A stretch of DNA of 13,750 bases from Promethearchaeota archaeon (lineage in GTDB: Archaea; Asgardarchaeota; Lokiarchaeia; Sigyniarchaeales; SOKP01). The stretch lies in contig JBHLMQ010000031.1 in the NCBI GenBank assembly GCA_048938005.1, positions 22,576 through 36,325 on the forward strand. The letters are read 5' to 3'. The position numbers and the translations under genes were made by a program. Positions 1 to 7,760 of the stretch are shown one piece after another (the first letter of the stretch is position 1; each line of letters opens with the position of its first letter). The notes below the pieces were generated by a model. The model was given only the letters and a program-made list of their open reading frames with translations, ran no database searches and was not told where the DNA came from.

Positions 1-605
1 GCATTTGACCAAAAATTAAGTGGTCCTGGTGGTATATGAACTGACTCTTTAAGACAATTTGACAATGTATTCCCATATATATTATGAGCCTCTACAATGA
101 AATAATAATCATCGTTTGTTAAAATGCTGATTGGAAAGGATAAATCTCCAGTTTCGAGTACTAATGGTGTTAAGCTACCGTTGATTTCAGTAATAAAATC
201 AGAATATTGATACACAGAGTAATTATCTGCATACACAGAACTATCCCAGTTTAAATTGAAATTCCCGTCATCATCAATAGTTCCAGTATCAGAATAAAGA
301 GTAAATGGTCTTGGGGGTGTAGGGATTTGGACTATAACTTTAATACAATTAGATAAGGTATTCCCATATATATTATGAGCCTCCACAATGAAATAGTAGG
401 TTCCATTCGAATATCCACTTAAAGTTAAGTTCAAATCGGTGATCATTTCTGCTAGAGGGGTTAAACTCTCATTAATCTCTGTGATGTAGCTAAAATGACG
501 ATACATCGAATAATTATTTGCTCCATCAGAACTAATCCACATAAGGGTAAAAGAACCGTCGGTATCTGGAGTGCCTGCATTGGAAGAAAGCGTGAATGGG
601 GGAGG
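1..605 (-). repeat. Intragenic tandem ~97-aa FN3-like domain repeats (2 complete, start of a third)
   Basis: Units start PFTLSSNAG (599), PFTLYSDTG (308) and PLNFWSNA (23). The DNA block GTATTCCCATATATATTATGAGCCTC is identical at 67-92 and 358-383 (291-nt period). Confidence 0.85.
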
Positions 606-1472
606 GATAATTACAATTAAAGTTATTGTGTATGTTTCAAAAGTATAATTATCTCCTGCAAAAGCGTATATTCTTATGCTATAAACCCCTTCTTGAACAT
701 TTAACAAAGTTACATTATATATTCCATTATTATCTAGATCTTCAAGTAATCCCTGCCCATAAACCCAAAGATATGTTACTGTAGCATTTTTAATAGTGTT
801 ATTTTGGGGATCTAATAAAATAATGTTTAATAACACATCTTCCCCTTCATAAACTTCTATTTGATCACCTCCATCTTCTCGGCTAATTGTCCCAATTATT
901 CTGTTGACTTCAACAGAAAATGAAATGTTTTGAGGTTGATAATTTTCTTTTTCAGCAAAAATAATAAAAGGAATAATTCCTAAGCCTAGATCATTTGCAT
1001 TTATTGTAAAGTTGTAATATTGGTTATTAGTTTCACTTAAATTAGCCCACCCATATAATTGTACTGTTGCATTAGGGATATGAATCCCCGTTTCAAGATC
1101 TCTGAAGAATACGCTAATATTTATAACATCATCAATTTCAACATTAATTATATCACTATCATTTTTAGGGATCCTATTTAAAAATAACTGTAATTCAGTG
1201 CCTATTAGATTCAAATTATTGGTAGCCGTGAGTTCTAATTTGGAATACACTTGATAATTACCGCAAGAACACATGCTTGTTTTGATAGAGTCCCAGACTG
1301 AGATAATTTCGTTTGAATTTGATATAGAAGGCTCTAAAAATTCAAAGTTGGTGGACGTTTGCTGATGCTCATGAAATTGGAACCGAAAGGCTGAAATGTT
1401 TAGCAACATTAAAGATATTAATACAAATGCAACACTTTGCCTTATTACTTTATTTTTTATCAATCCGCTCAC
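1..1472 (-). CDS. Large secreted/cell-surface glycoprotein with Ig-like and tandem FN3-like domains (3' end runs off the window)
   Basis: Manual translation: open frame from GTG at 1472 (or TTG at 1463) to position 1 with no stop. It begins (M)SGLIKNKVIRQSVAFVLISLMLLNISAF (basic then hydrophobic signal/anchor), continues with beta-rich domains and many N-x-S/T sequons (NDS, NAT, NFT, NVT, NYS, NGT), and has repeats ending YYFIVEAHNIYGNTLSNC. Not in the ORF track because the stop is outside the window. Confidence 0.85.
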   Translation of the reverse strand, partial: MSGLIKNKVIRQSVAFVLISLMLLNISAFRFQFHEHQQTSTNFEFLEPSISNSNEIISVWDSIKTSMCSCGNYQVYSKLELTATNNLNLIGTELQLFLNRIPKNDSDIINVEIDDVINISVFFRDLETGIHIPNATVQLYGWANLSETNNQYYNFTINANDLGLGIIPFIIFAEKENYQPQNISFSVEVNRIIGTISREDGGDQIEVYEGEDVLLNIILLDPQNNTIKNATVTYLWVYGQGLLEDLDNNGIYNVTLLNVQEGVYSIRIYAFAGDNYTFETYTITLIVIIPPPFTLSSNAGTPDTDGSFTLMWISSDGANNYSMYRHFSYITEINESLTPLAEMITDLNLTLSGYSNGTYYFIVEAHNIYGNTLSNCIKVIVQIPTPPRPFTLYSDTGTIDDDGNFNLNWDSSVYADNYSVYQYSDFITEINGSLTPLVLETGDLSFPISILTNDDYYFIVEAHNIYGNTLSNCLKESVHIPPGPLNFWSN

Positions 1473-1903
1473 ATTAATTTACAATTTTTTTTAATAATCA
1501 AGAAATCTTAGATATTCTAATAGTAGTTTTTTTTATAATAGGACTATCTCGATAGTTATCTTAAATTGCGATAAATAAAAGTGTATATAAAATTATGAGG
1601 ATAGAAATCATTTAATGTTGATTTTTTATTTTCATTTTTTTAAAAATCATTTATTTTTGCCTTGAACCTTATAACATATTTTTAATTATATATTTTTTTA
1701 TGGGACGTTAGAATAGAAAATGAAAAATGTAGCCCAAAGTATTCCACCTATAAATATTCAGAAGAAGTATAAAATGTTATCATAGGAATCGCTCAGATAG
1801 ATAACACAATTATAATTTCCTCCATTTTAAAAACTTTCTTCTGCACTGGATAGTGAATAATTTATATTATTGCTCACAAATAAGTATCTTTCTCCTTTCG
1901 ATA

Positions 1904-2185
1904 TTATCCGCCAACTAAAGGAGGTGATATAACTATTTGATCTCCATCTTTTAATTTTGTCTTTAATTCATCTAAAAATAGATAATTCCTACCATTTACC
2001 AGGATAACGACATGACTCTCTAAATTTCCATAATTATCTACAAAAGTTTTACGTAATTTTTTTCCATGCTCACGCATGAATTCATTGATTACATCGCCTA
2101 AGGTCTCAACATCCGAAAAATCGATCTGCGTTAATCCAACATCTGTAGAAAATATTGTCATTAACTTTAAGATAACATTTGCCAT
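1904..2185 (-). CDS. moaD: MoaD/ThiS/SAMP-family ubiquitin-like sulfur carrier protein
   Basis: 93 aa with ILVNGRN...L.TKLKDGDQIVISPPLVGG and a C-terminal di-glycine; lies near a tungstopterin AOR gene. Confidence 0.88.
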   Translation of the reverse strand: MANVILKLMTIFSTDVGLTQIDFSDVETLGDVINEFMREHGKKLRKTFVDNYGNLESHVVILVNGRNYLFLDELKTKLKDGDQIVISPPLVGG

Positions 2186-2294
2186 TAAATCTCTAATATT
2201 ATAATTTTGTTAAAAATTTTATCCAATAGAATTATAAAGGTTAATAGCAAGGTTAAAAACATTTTATTCTATTCTAAAAACAATAGATATATTA

Positions 2295-2307
2295 TTTAAT
2301 ATATAAA
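2295..2307 (+). promoter_or_regulatory. Putative archaeal TATA box for a leaderless transcript of the 2334 gene
   Basis: TTTAATATATAAA ends about 27 nt upstream of ATG 2334, and there is no SD before that ATG. The AT-rich background limits certainty. Confidence 0.35.
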
Positions 2308-2333
2308 TCACCTTTTAAAATCATCTGACGTGA

Positions 2334-3884
2334 ATGAATTCTACAATTAGAATTACTGAACAATTGAAACAGATTGTAAAAGAAGATCAAATTTTAACAG
2401 ATTTAGAAGACATTTATGTTTATTCTTTTGAAAAAATTTTTTTGGATAGATTTGATATACAACCTGATATTATTGTCAGAGTCTCCTCTTTAAAGGAAGA
2501 AAACGAAGTAAAAAAATTAATCGAAAAAGAGGGCGCCATTCTAATTGAAAGGGGAAAAATAAATTTACAAACTACAATTAAATCATCAAAAAACATAGTT
2601 TTATTAGATAATGTTGAGATTCCTACGCTTAAAAATTGTATCAATGATATAAAAACCAAGAATGGAAGTATTACGAAATTTGATAAATTTGATATAAAGT
2701 GGATTGGAACTTATCGAAATCTTGCTTTTGCAATACAAAATTTGTTTTTAGGAAAAACCTTAACTAAATGTCAGCAGTGCACTACGTGTAGTGGTTATTG
2801 TACAGTTAGCCCTTCTTTTAATGGAGTTGAATCATGGTCTTCGAAGGGAAGAATGCTTATTACAAGAGGAATTATGAAAGGTGATTTAAATTTTTCAAAA
2901 AAGATTGTTGAAATATTATATACATGTACAAAATGTGGACTTTGTTATGCTCAGTGTTTTCAAGATTTAGAGTTTCACGAAGCAATACTTTATATGAGGA
3001 ATCTTATAGCTGAAAAGAATTTGACACCACAGATTTTTCATACAGCAGCTAGCAATATTTTCAAACATGGAGACCCCTCAGCAATACCTGCTAATCGCCG
3101 TCTTTTACGAGTAAAAAATGCTTCTAATTTGAATTTACCAGAAAAAGCAAATACACTTTGCTGGTTAGGGTGTACGGTTGCAACACGAACTCCAAAAACA
3201 GCAGAAGCTTTTATTAATATATTAAGCAGAAGTAATACAGAATTTACGATGTTAGGGGATAAAGAAGGATGCTGTGGTTATGTATTAATTTCATCTGGGC
3301 TATGGGAAGAAGCTAAAAAAGTTGCCATCGATAATATTGAAAGGATTGAAAAAACTAAGGCTCAAACTTTAGTAACTCCTTGTTCTGGTTGCTACTATAC
3401 CTTTAAAAGGCTTTATCCTGAAATCCTTGATATTAATATGCCCTGTGAAATACTCCACACTTCTCAATTTCTTGAAAAAAAGATTAAAACTGAGAAAATT
3501 CACCTAAAACCTTTAGATTTAAGTGTAACGTATCATGATCCTTGTTCACTTGGAAGACATAGCGGAGTCTATGACCCACCACGCAATGTATTGAAAGCAA
3601 TACCTAATCTTAAGCTTGTAGAAATGCCGTTGAATAGAAATTGTGCTCGATGTTGTGGAGGTGGAGGTGGACTTTGGACATTTAACAATGAAGTAAGTTT
3701 AGAGTCAACTCAAACAAGGTTAAAGGAAGATTTAATCCCTACAAATATTAAAGTTCTAACAACAGCTTGTCCACAATGCCAGTTAAACTTCCGTTTTGCT
3801 TCTCAGAAAAAGAATTTTGCTGATAGATCATTAAAAATATATGATATTACAGAGTTATTTAATTTAGCAATGCAATTTGGATAA
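2334..3884 (+). CDS. (Fe-S)-binding oxidoreductase subunit, HdrD/GlcF/GlpC-like: 2x[4Fe-4S] plus two CCG domains, with a degenerate GlcD-like N-terminus
   Basis: Ferredoxin motifs CQQCTTCSGYC and CTKCGLCYAQC; CCG domains (WLGC...GCCG...TPCSGC and YHDPCSLGR...RCCGGGGG...TACPQC). Confidence 0.9.
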   Translation: MNSTIRITEQLKQIVKEDQILTDLEDIYVYSFEKIFLDRFDIQPDIIVRVSSLKEENEVKKLIEKEGAILIERGKINLQTTIKSSKNIVLLDNVEIPTLKNCINDIKTKNGSITKFDKFDIKWIGTYRNLAFAIQNLFLGKTLTKCQQCTTCSGYCTVSPSFNGVESWSSKGRMLITRGIMKGDLNFSKKIVEILYTCTKCGLCYAQCFQDLEFHEAILYMRNLIAEKNLTPQIFHTAASNIFKHGDPSAIPANRRLLRVKNASNLNLPEKANTLCWLGCTVATRTPKTAEAFINILSRSNTEFTMLGDKEGCCGYVLISSGLWEEAKKVAIDNIERIEKTKAQTLVTPCSGCYYTFKRLYPEILDINMPCEILHTSQFLEKKIKTEKIHLKPLDLSVTYHDPCSLGRHSGVYDPPRNVLKAIPNLKLVEMPLNRNCARCCGGGGGLWTFNNEVSLESTQTRLKEDLIPTNIKVLTTACPQCQLNFRFASQKKNFADRSLKIYDITELFNLAMQFG

Positions 3885-3891
3885 TTTAACC

Positions 3892-4047
3892 TTATTTTGC
3901 CAAACCTCGAACCTTTGGTTGGCCTGGCCATGGCCAAGAGATTCTATATGTAATATTACATCGAGGACAAGTAGCTTCCTTAGCATTTGGTTGAACTGGA
4001 AAGCGTTCAAGACAATTCATACATCTACATTTAGGGGGCTCACTCAT
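3892..4047 (-). CDS. 51-aa Cys4 zinc-ribbon/rubredoxin-like microprotein (below the ORF track size range)
   Basis: ATG 4047 to TAA 3892: MSEPPKCRCMNCLERFPVQPNAKEATCPRCNITYRISWPWPGQPKVRGLAK, with CxxC-x14-CPxC. GC content is visibly above the flanking intergenic DNA, and the stop lies 7 nt from the convergent stop at 3884. Confidence 0.8.
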   Translation of the reverse strand: MSEPPKCRCMNCLERFPVQPNAKEATCPRCNITYRISWPWPGQPKVRGLAK

Positions 4048-4280
4048 ATATGAATCGCACAAAGTTCAATTTAATTTAGGGATTAGATATTATTTTATGA
4101 TAATATATAATGATATATTTAATTAGCTTACACTGCAAAAGTATAAACTAATTTATTAATTATTAGTTTTCAATGCAATATTTAAATCTAATGAATGATA
4201 TAAATAAAAAGTAAATTAAATTAATTTTTTAAGTAAATACTACTAATAACTTACCTTCACAATTTATTTCTGTAGTAATA

Positions 4281-4346
4281 ATGGGCACAAATTCCCATCG
4301 CGGCAAAAAAATTAGAGATTTACGGTTTCGTAAAAGTAAGAGGTAG
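4281..4346 (+). other. Possible 21-aa Arg/Lys-rich leader ORF in frame with AOR
   Basis: ATG 4281 to TAG 4344-4346 gives MGTNSHRGKKIRDLRFRKSKR*, same frame as AOR. No evidence of translation. Confidence 0.3.
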
Positions 4347-4352
4347 AGGTGG
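4346..4352 (+). promoter_or_regulatory. Shine-Dalgarno site for AOR
   Basis: GAGGTGG lies 6 nt upstream of the in-frame ATA at 4359, where AOR-like sequence begins. Confidence 0.6.
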
Positions 4353-4358
4353 AAAACT

Positions 4359-6248
4359 ATAGTCTGGAATAAAGAAATAGCTTATATTGATCTATCTACT
4401 GGAAATATTATTAAAAAACAGATACCTAAGTCAATCCGAGAGCAGTTTTTAGGTGGTAGAGGGATAGATATGTATCTTTTATACAATCATCTATCGCCTG
4501 GAATTAATCCAATCAGCCCAGAAAATATTTTACTTGTAGGTGCTGGATTACTTACGGGAATCCCTGCACTCGGGAGCGGTAGATGTGACATAGCAGCGAA
4601 ATCCCCTATAACTGGTGCAATCGGAGATTCCAACGTTGGTGGCTTTTTCGCTCCTGAGATGCGAATGGCGGGATTTGATCACTTGGTAATAACAGGTAAA
4701 GCCAAGAAACCTAGTTATCTTTGGATACATGATGGAGAAATAGAAATACTCGATGCCACTCATCTTTGGGGACAAGATACATTTAAAACACAAACACTAA
4801 TCCGTTCAGATCATGGAGATGAGGAAATTAAATCTTTAGTAATAGGTAATGCGGGTGAAAATCTTGTACGTTTTGCCAATGTAAGAACTGGTATGAAAAA
4901 TTCTGCTGGACGTACAGGTATGGGCTGTGTTATGGGTTCAAAAAACTTAAAGGCTATAGCTGCTCGTGGAACAATGGATATCGAATTTGTCCATCCTATA
5001 GAATTGTTAGATTACTGTAAAGAAATGATCGAAATGGTTATGAAAAATCGCTATTCAAGAGCGGCATCAAAATGGGGTACACTTGTTATTTATAGTACTA
5101 CAAATACCACGGGATTGATTCGAACAAGAAATTTTCAGTTAAATCAGTTAGAGGAAGGTTGGGATATTGAACCGGAAGAAATGGATAAATATACCATTGG
5201 AATGTCGGGTTGTTATGGATGTCCCGTGAGTTGTCGTCATCGCTATACATTAAAAGAAGGTTCCTTTGCTCCTTTTTTTGCCGAAGGTCCTGAATACACT
5301 TCACTAGGAGCATTTGGTACGATGGTAGATTGCAAAAAAATGGAAACAATTCTTATAGCAAATCATCTTGTAAACAAATATGGTTTAGATACGTTAGAAA
5401 CTGGGGGACTCATTGCTTGGGCAATGGAACTCTACGAGAAGGGAATAATAAATGAAAAAATGACAGATGGACTAAAACTTGAATGGGGTAATGAAGAAGT
5501 TCTATATGAACTTATTCGTAAAATAACTCAACGAGAAGGATTTGGAGAAGTACTTGCCGATGGATTTCCTACAGCAATAGCTAAGATAGGAGAAAAATCT
5601 AAATATTATGCTATTGAAGTAAAAGGTATGAGTAACCTGCATTCAGACGAACGTCCTACGCCTAGTTTAGCCTTAGGCATTACTACCTCAACTAGAGGTG
5701 CTGATCATTTAAGAGGTAGACCGGCTATAGATCTATATGGATTACCAGAAGACTTCTTAGAAGAGATATATGGTGGAAAAATATCTTCAGATTACAGGTC
5801 TTACGAAGGTAAGAGTCGTATGGTTTGGTGGCAAGAACTTTTATACGCAGTTACAGATTCACTTGGTACATGTAAATTTCAAACTGTATTTTTAGCTGTT
5901 CATGCTCCAAAATGGGATGAATATTCAAAATTAATCCATTTAGCTTCTGGGATGGAGTATTCAAGCACTCAACTTATGGAAATTGGTGAAAGAATCTACA
6001 CCATTGAAAGAATGTTCAATATTAGAGAAGGATTTTCAAGAAAAGATGATATTCTACCAGAACGTTATTTTACAGAAGCAACTCCTATAGGACTCCCAAG
6101 AGTGAAAGGAATAAAGATTGACAGAAAAAAATTTGAAAAAATGTTGGACGAGTATTACACACTCCATGGGTGGGATAATGATGGAATTCCAACTGAAAAC
6201 ACCCTTGAAAAGCTTGAAATTGAAAAGGAACCTTCTCATAAAATATAG
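4359..6248 (+). CDS. aor: Tungsten-dependent aldehyde:ferredoxin oxidoreductase family protein, catalytic subunit (start probably ATA 4359, not ATG 4470)
   Basis: AOR motifs AKSPITG, SNVGGFFAPE, AGFDHL, AGENLVRFA, AGRTGMGCVMGSKNLKAI, CYGCPVSC, EGPEY, YGLDT, RGADHL, DSLGTC, YYTLHGWDNDGIP. The frame upstream of 4470 reads IAYIDLSTG...FLGGRG, the typical AOR N-terminus. Family call is strong; the exact start is less certain. Confidence 0.93.
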   Translation: MVWNKEIAYIDLSTGNIIKKQIPKSIREQFLGGRGIDMYLLYNHLSPGINPISPENILLVGAGLLTGIPALGSGRCDIAAKSPITGAIGDSNVGGFFAPEMRMAGFDHLVITGKAKKPSYLWIHDGEIEILDATHLWGQDTFKTQTLIRSDHGDEEIKSLVIGNAGENLVRFANVRTGMKNSAGRTGMGCVMGSKNLKAIAARGTMDIEFVHPIELLDYCKEMIEMVMKNRYSRAASKWGTLVIYSTTNTTGLIRTRNFQLNQLEEGWDIEPEEMDKYTIGMSGCYGCPVSCRHRYTLKEGSFAPFFAEGPEYTSLGAFGTMVDCKKMETILIANHLVNKYGLDTLETGGLIAWAMELYEKGIINEKMTDGLKLEWGNEEVLYELIRKITQREGFGEVLADGFPTAIAKIGEKSKYYAIEVKGMSNLHSDERPTPSLALGITTSTRGADHLRGRPAIDLYGLPEDFLEEIYGGKISSDYRSYEGKSRMVWWQELLYAVTDSLGTCKFQTVFLAVHAPKWDEYSKLIHLASGMEYSSTQLMEIGERIYTIERMFNIREGFSRKDDILPERYFTEATPIGLPRVKGIKIDRKKFEKMLDEYYTLHGWDNDGIPTENTLEKLEIEKEPSHKI

Positions 6249-6264
6249 ATTCGAGGTATATAAA

Positions 6265-6753
6265 ATGCAAAAAATTTTATTTGTCGATGCGGAAAAATGT
6301 ACAGGATGTAGACTATGTGAGAATGTATGTTCTATATTTCATGAAAAAGTGAGTAATCCTTCTCGAGCAAGAATCCATATTGTAAAATGGGAAAATGCCG
6401 GTTTATATGTACCAATGATTTGTCAACAATGTGAGAATCCTATTTGTGAGACTGTTTGTCCTATGCGTGCAATAAAAAGAGATGAGAAGACAGGAGCCAT
6501 GGTTATTGACGATGAGTTATGCGTAGGTTGCAAATTGTGTGTAATGTTTTGTCCACTGGGTGGAGTAGGAATTGATAAGAATAGAAAAATTTTAAAATGC
6601 AACCTTTGTGAAGGAGACCCTTTATGTGTGAAGTATTGCATCCCTGGTGCGCTAGAATTTATAGATGCAAATACTATTAATTTAAGAAAAAGAAGGATGG
6701 CAGCAGAAAAATTATCAGTTTTAATGAAAAAATTATTAGATATATCAATTTAA
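6265..6753 (+). CDS. 4x[4Fe-4S] electron-transfer subunit of AOR (DmsB/CooF-like)
   Basis: Start revised to ATG 6265 (SD GAGGT at 6253-6257). Four Cys groups: CTGCRLCENVC, CQQCENPICETVCP, CVGCKLCVMFCP, CNLCEGDPLCVKYC. Begins 16 nt after the AOR stop. Confidence 0.92.
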   Translation: MQKILFVDAEKCTGCRLCENVCSIFHEKVSNPSRARIHIVKWENAGLYVPMICQQCENPICETVCPMRAIKRDEKTGAMVIDDELCVGCKLCVMFCPLGGVGIDKNRKILKCNLCEGDPLCVKYCIPGALEFIDANTINLRKRRMAAEKLSVLMKKLLDISI

Positions 6754-6786
6754 AGAAATTTTATAAATTTTTAAAGAGGAGTAAAG

Positions 6787-7731
6787 ATGGTGGAAGAATT
6801 TAAAATTGGAATAATTGGTATTGGTCCCACAGGTGGGATTTTAGCAGCTCATCTTGCTAAAGCAGGACACAGTGTGATTCTCGTCGACATAAATAAGAGC
6901 CATATGGATAAAATAAAAAAGAAAGGACTAACTATAACAAACCTCCAAGAATTCAATGTAAAATTCCCCAAAGAAAATATATGTTATTCAATAGACGAGC
7001 TTCAAAATAAAGAAGTAGATACTGTGTTTATTGCTGTGAAGGCATCTCATCTTGAAAAGATTTTACCACAAATTAAAAATGTAGTTAAGCTTGGCACCAC
7101 TTTAATTAGTTTACAAAATGGTTTTGATACTGAAGAACTTATTGCAGAGTTTGTGGGAGAAGAGAATACTTTACGTATTGTGGTTAACTATGCGGGAAAT
7201 TTATTAGAGGATGGAATTATCAGAATGTCTTTTTTTAACCCTCCGAATTATTTGGGGGTGATATCAATTAAGGCCGAAAGAAAAGCCAAAAGTTTATCAG
7301 AAATTATCAATTCCACAGGATTAGAAACAGTTTTTACTCCAGATATAAAAAAATTTGAATGGGCAAAATGTATACTTAATGCAATAAGTCCTGTTTGTGT
7401 TACCACAAGAAGCACAATGAAACAAACAATGGAATTTGAGGAAACAAGGAATCTTTGTAAAGAAATATTACGTGAGGGAATAGCAGTTGCAAAAGCAAGA
7501 GGTATTAATTTAGATTCAGATTTTTTAGAGACTGGTATGAATTATCTGGATAAAGCAGGACATCATAGAGTTTCGATGGAAGCTGACATAGACGCAGGAC
7601 ACCCATCAGAGATAGAATTTCTCAATGGAAAAATTGTAGAATATGGAAGAATCGAAGGAATTCCAACGCCATATAATAAGATATTCGTTTCTTTAATTAG
7701 AGGGTGTGAACTTCCCCCTGTTAAACGTTAA
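6787..7731 (+). CDS. panE: Ketopantoate reductase (PanE/ApbA) family NAD(P)H-dependent 2-oxoacid reductase
   Basis: Rossmann GIGPTGG, IAVKA, SLQNG, WAKCILN (catalytic Lys) and SMEADIDAGHPSEIEFLNG; SD GAGGAG at 6776-6781. Substrate uncertain. Confidence 0.88.
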   Translation: MVEEFKIGIIGIGPTGGILAAHLAKAGHSVILVDINKSHMDKIKKKGLTITNLQEFNVKFPKENICYSIDELQNKEVDTVFIAVKASHLEKILPQIKNVVKLGTTLISLQNGFDTEELIAEFVGEENTLRIVVNYAGNLLEDGIIRMSFFNPPNYLGVISIKAERKAKSLSEIINSTGLETVFTPDIKKFEWAKCILNAISPVCVTTRSTMKQTMEFEETRNLCKEILREGIAVAKARGINLDSDFLETGMNYLDKAGHHRVSMEADIDAGHPSEIEFLNGKIVEYGRIEGIPTPYNKIFVSLIRGCELPPVKR

Positions 7732-7760
7732 TGGACTTATGTTTATATTAATGCGAAATT

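Noticed and set aside
67-383. 26-nt direct repeat as a CRISPR or mobile-element repeat
   Set aside because: Only two copies, 291 nt apart and in frame within protein domain repeats; no spacer array or transposase.
1690-1880. Minus-strand short frames with SD-like GGAG sequences and an in-frame TGA (MEEIIIVLSI*AIPM...)
   Set aside because: Multiple stops, no Cys/Sec-like context and no SECIS-like hairpin seen; cannot support a selenoprotein or a pseudogene.
2420-2659. 79-aa minus-strand ORF, and likewise 4548-4793, 5098-5349, 6054-6239, 6085-6270, 6423-6641, 7748-8005, 8042-8269, 8837-9043, 11210-11548, 11738-11941 and 12899-13120
   Set aside because: Antisense or alternate-frame shadows of well-supported genes, with no recognisable motifs.
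3925-3961. Perfect palindromes TGGCCATGGCCA (3925-3936) and ATGTAATATTACAT (3948-3961)
   Set aside because: Both lie inside the microprotein CDS (WPWP and CNITY codons) and are explained by coding; no promoter context supports an operator role.
4359-6248. AOR as BamB (class II benzoyl-CoA reductase)
   Set aside because: It keeps the classical AOR EGPEY and RGADH motifs and lacks the W-ligating Cys segment typical of BamB.
6118-6264. 49-aa N-terminal extension of the Fe-S subunit in the ORF track
   Set aside because: Overlaps the AOR C-terminus; the SD and the family-like sequence both point to ATG 6265.
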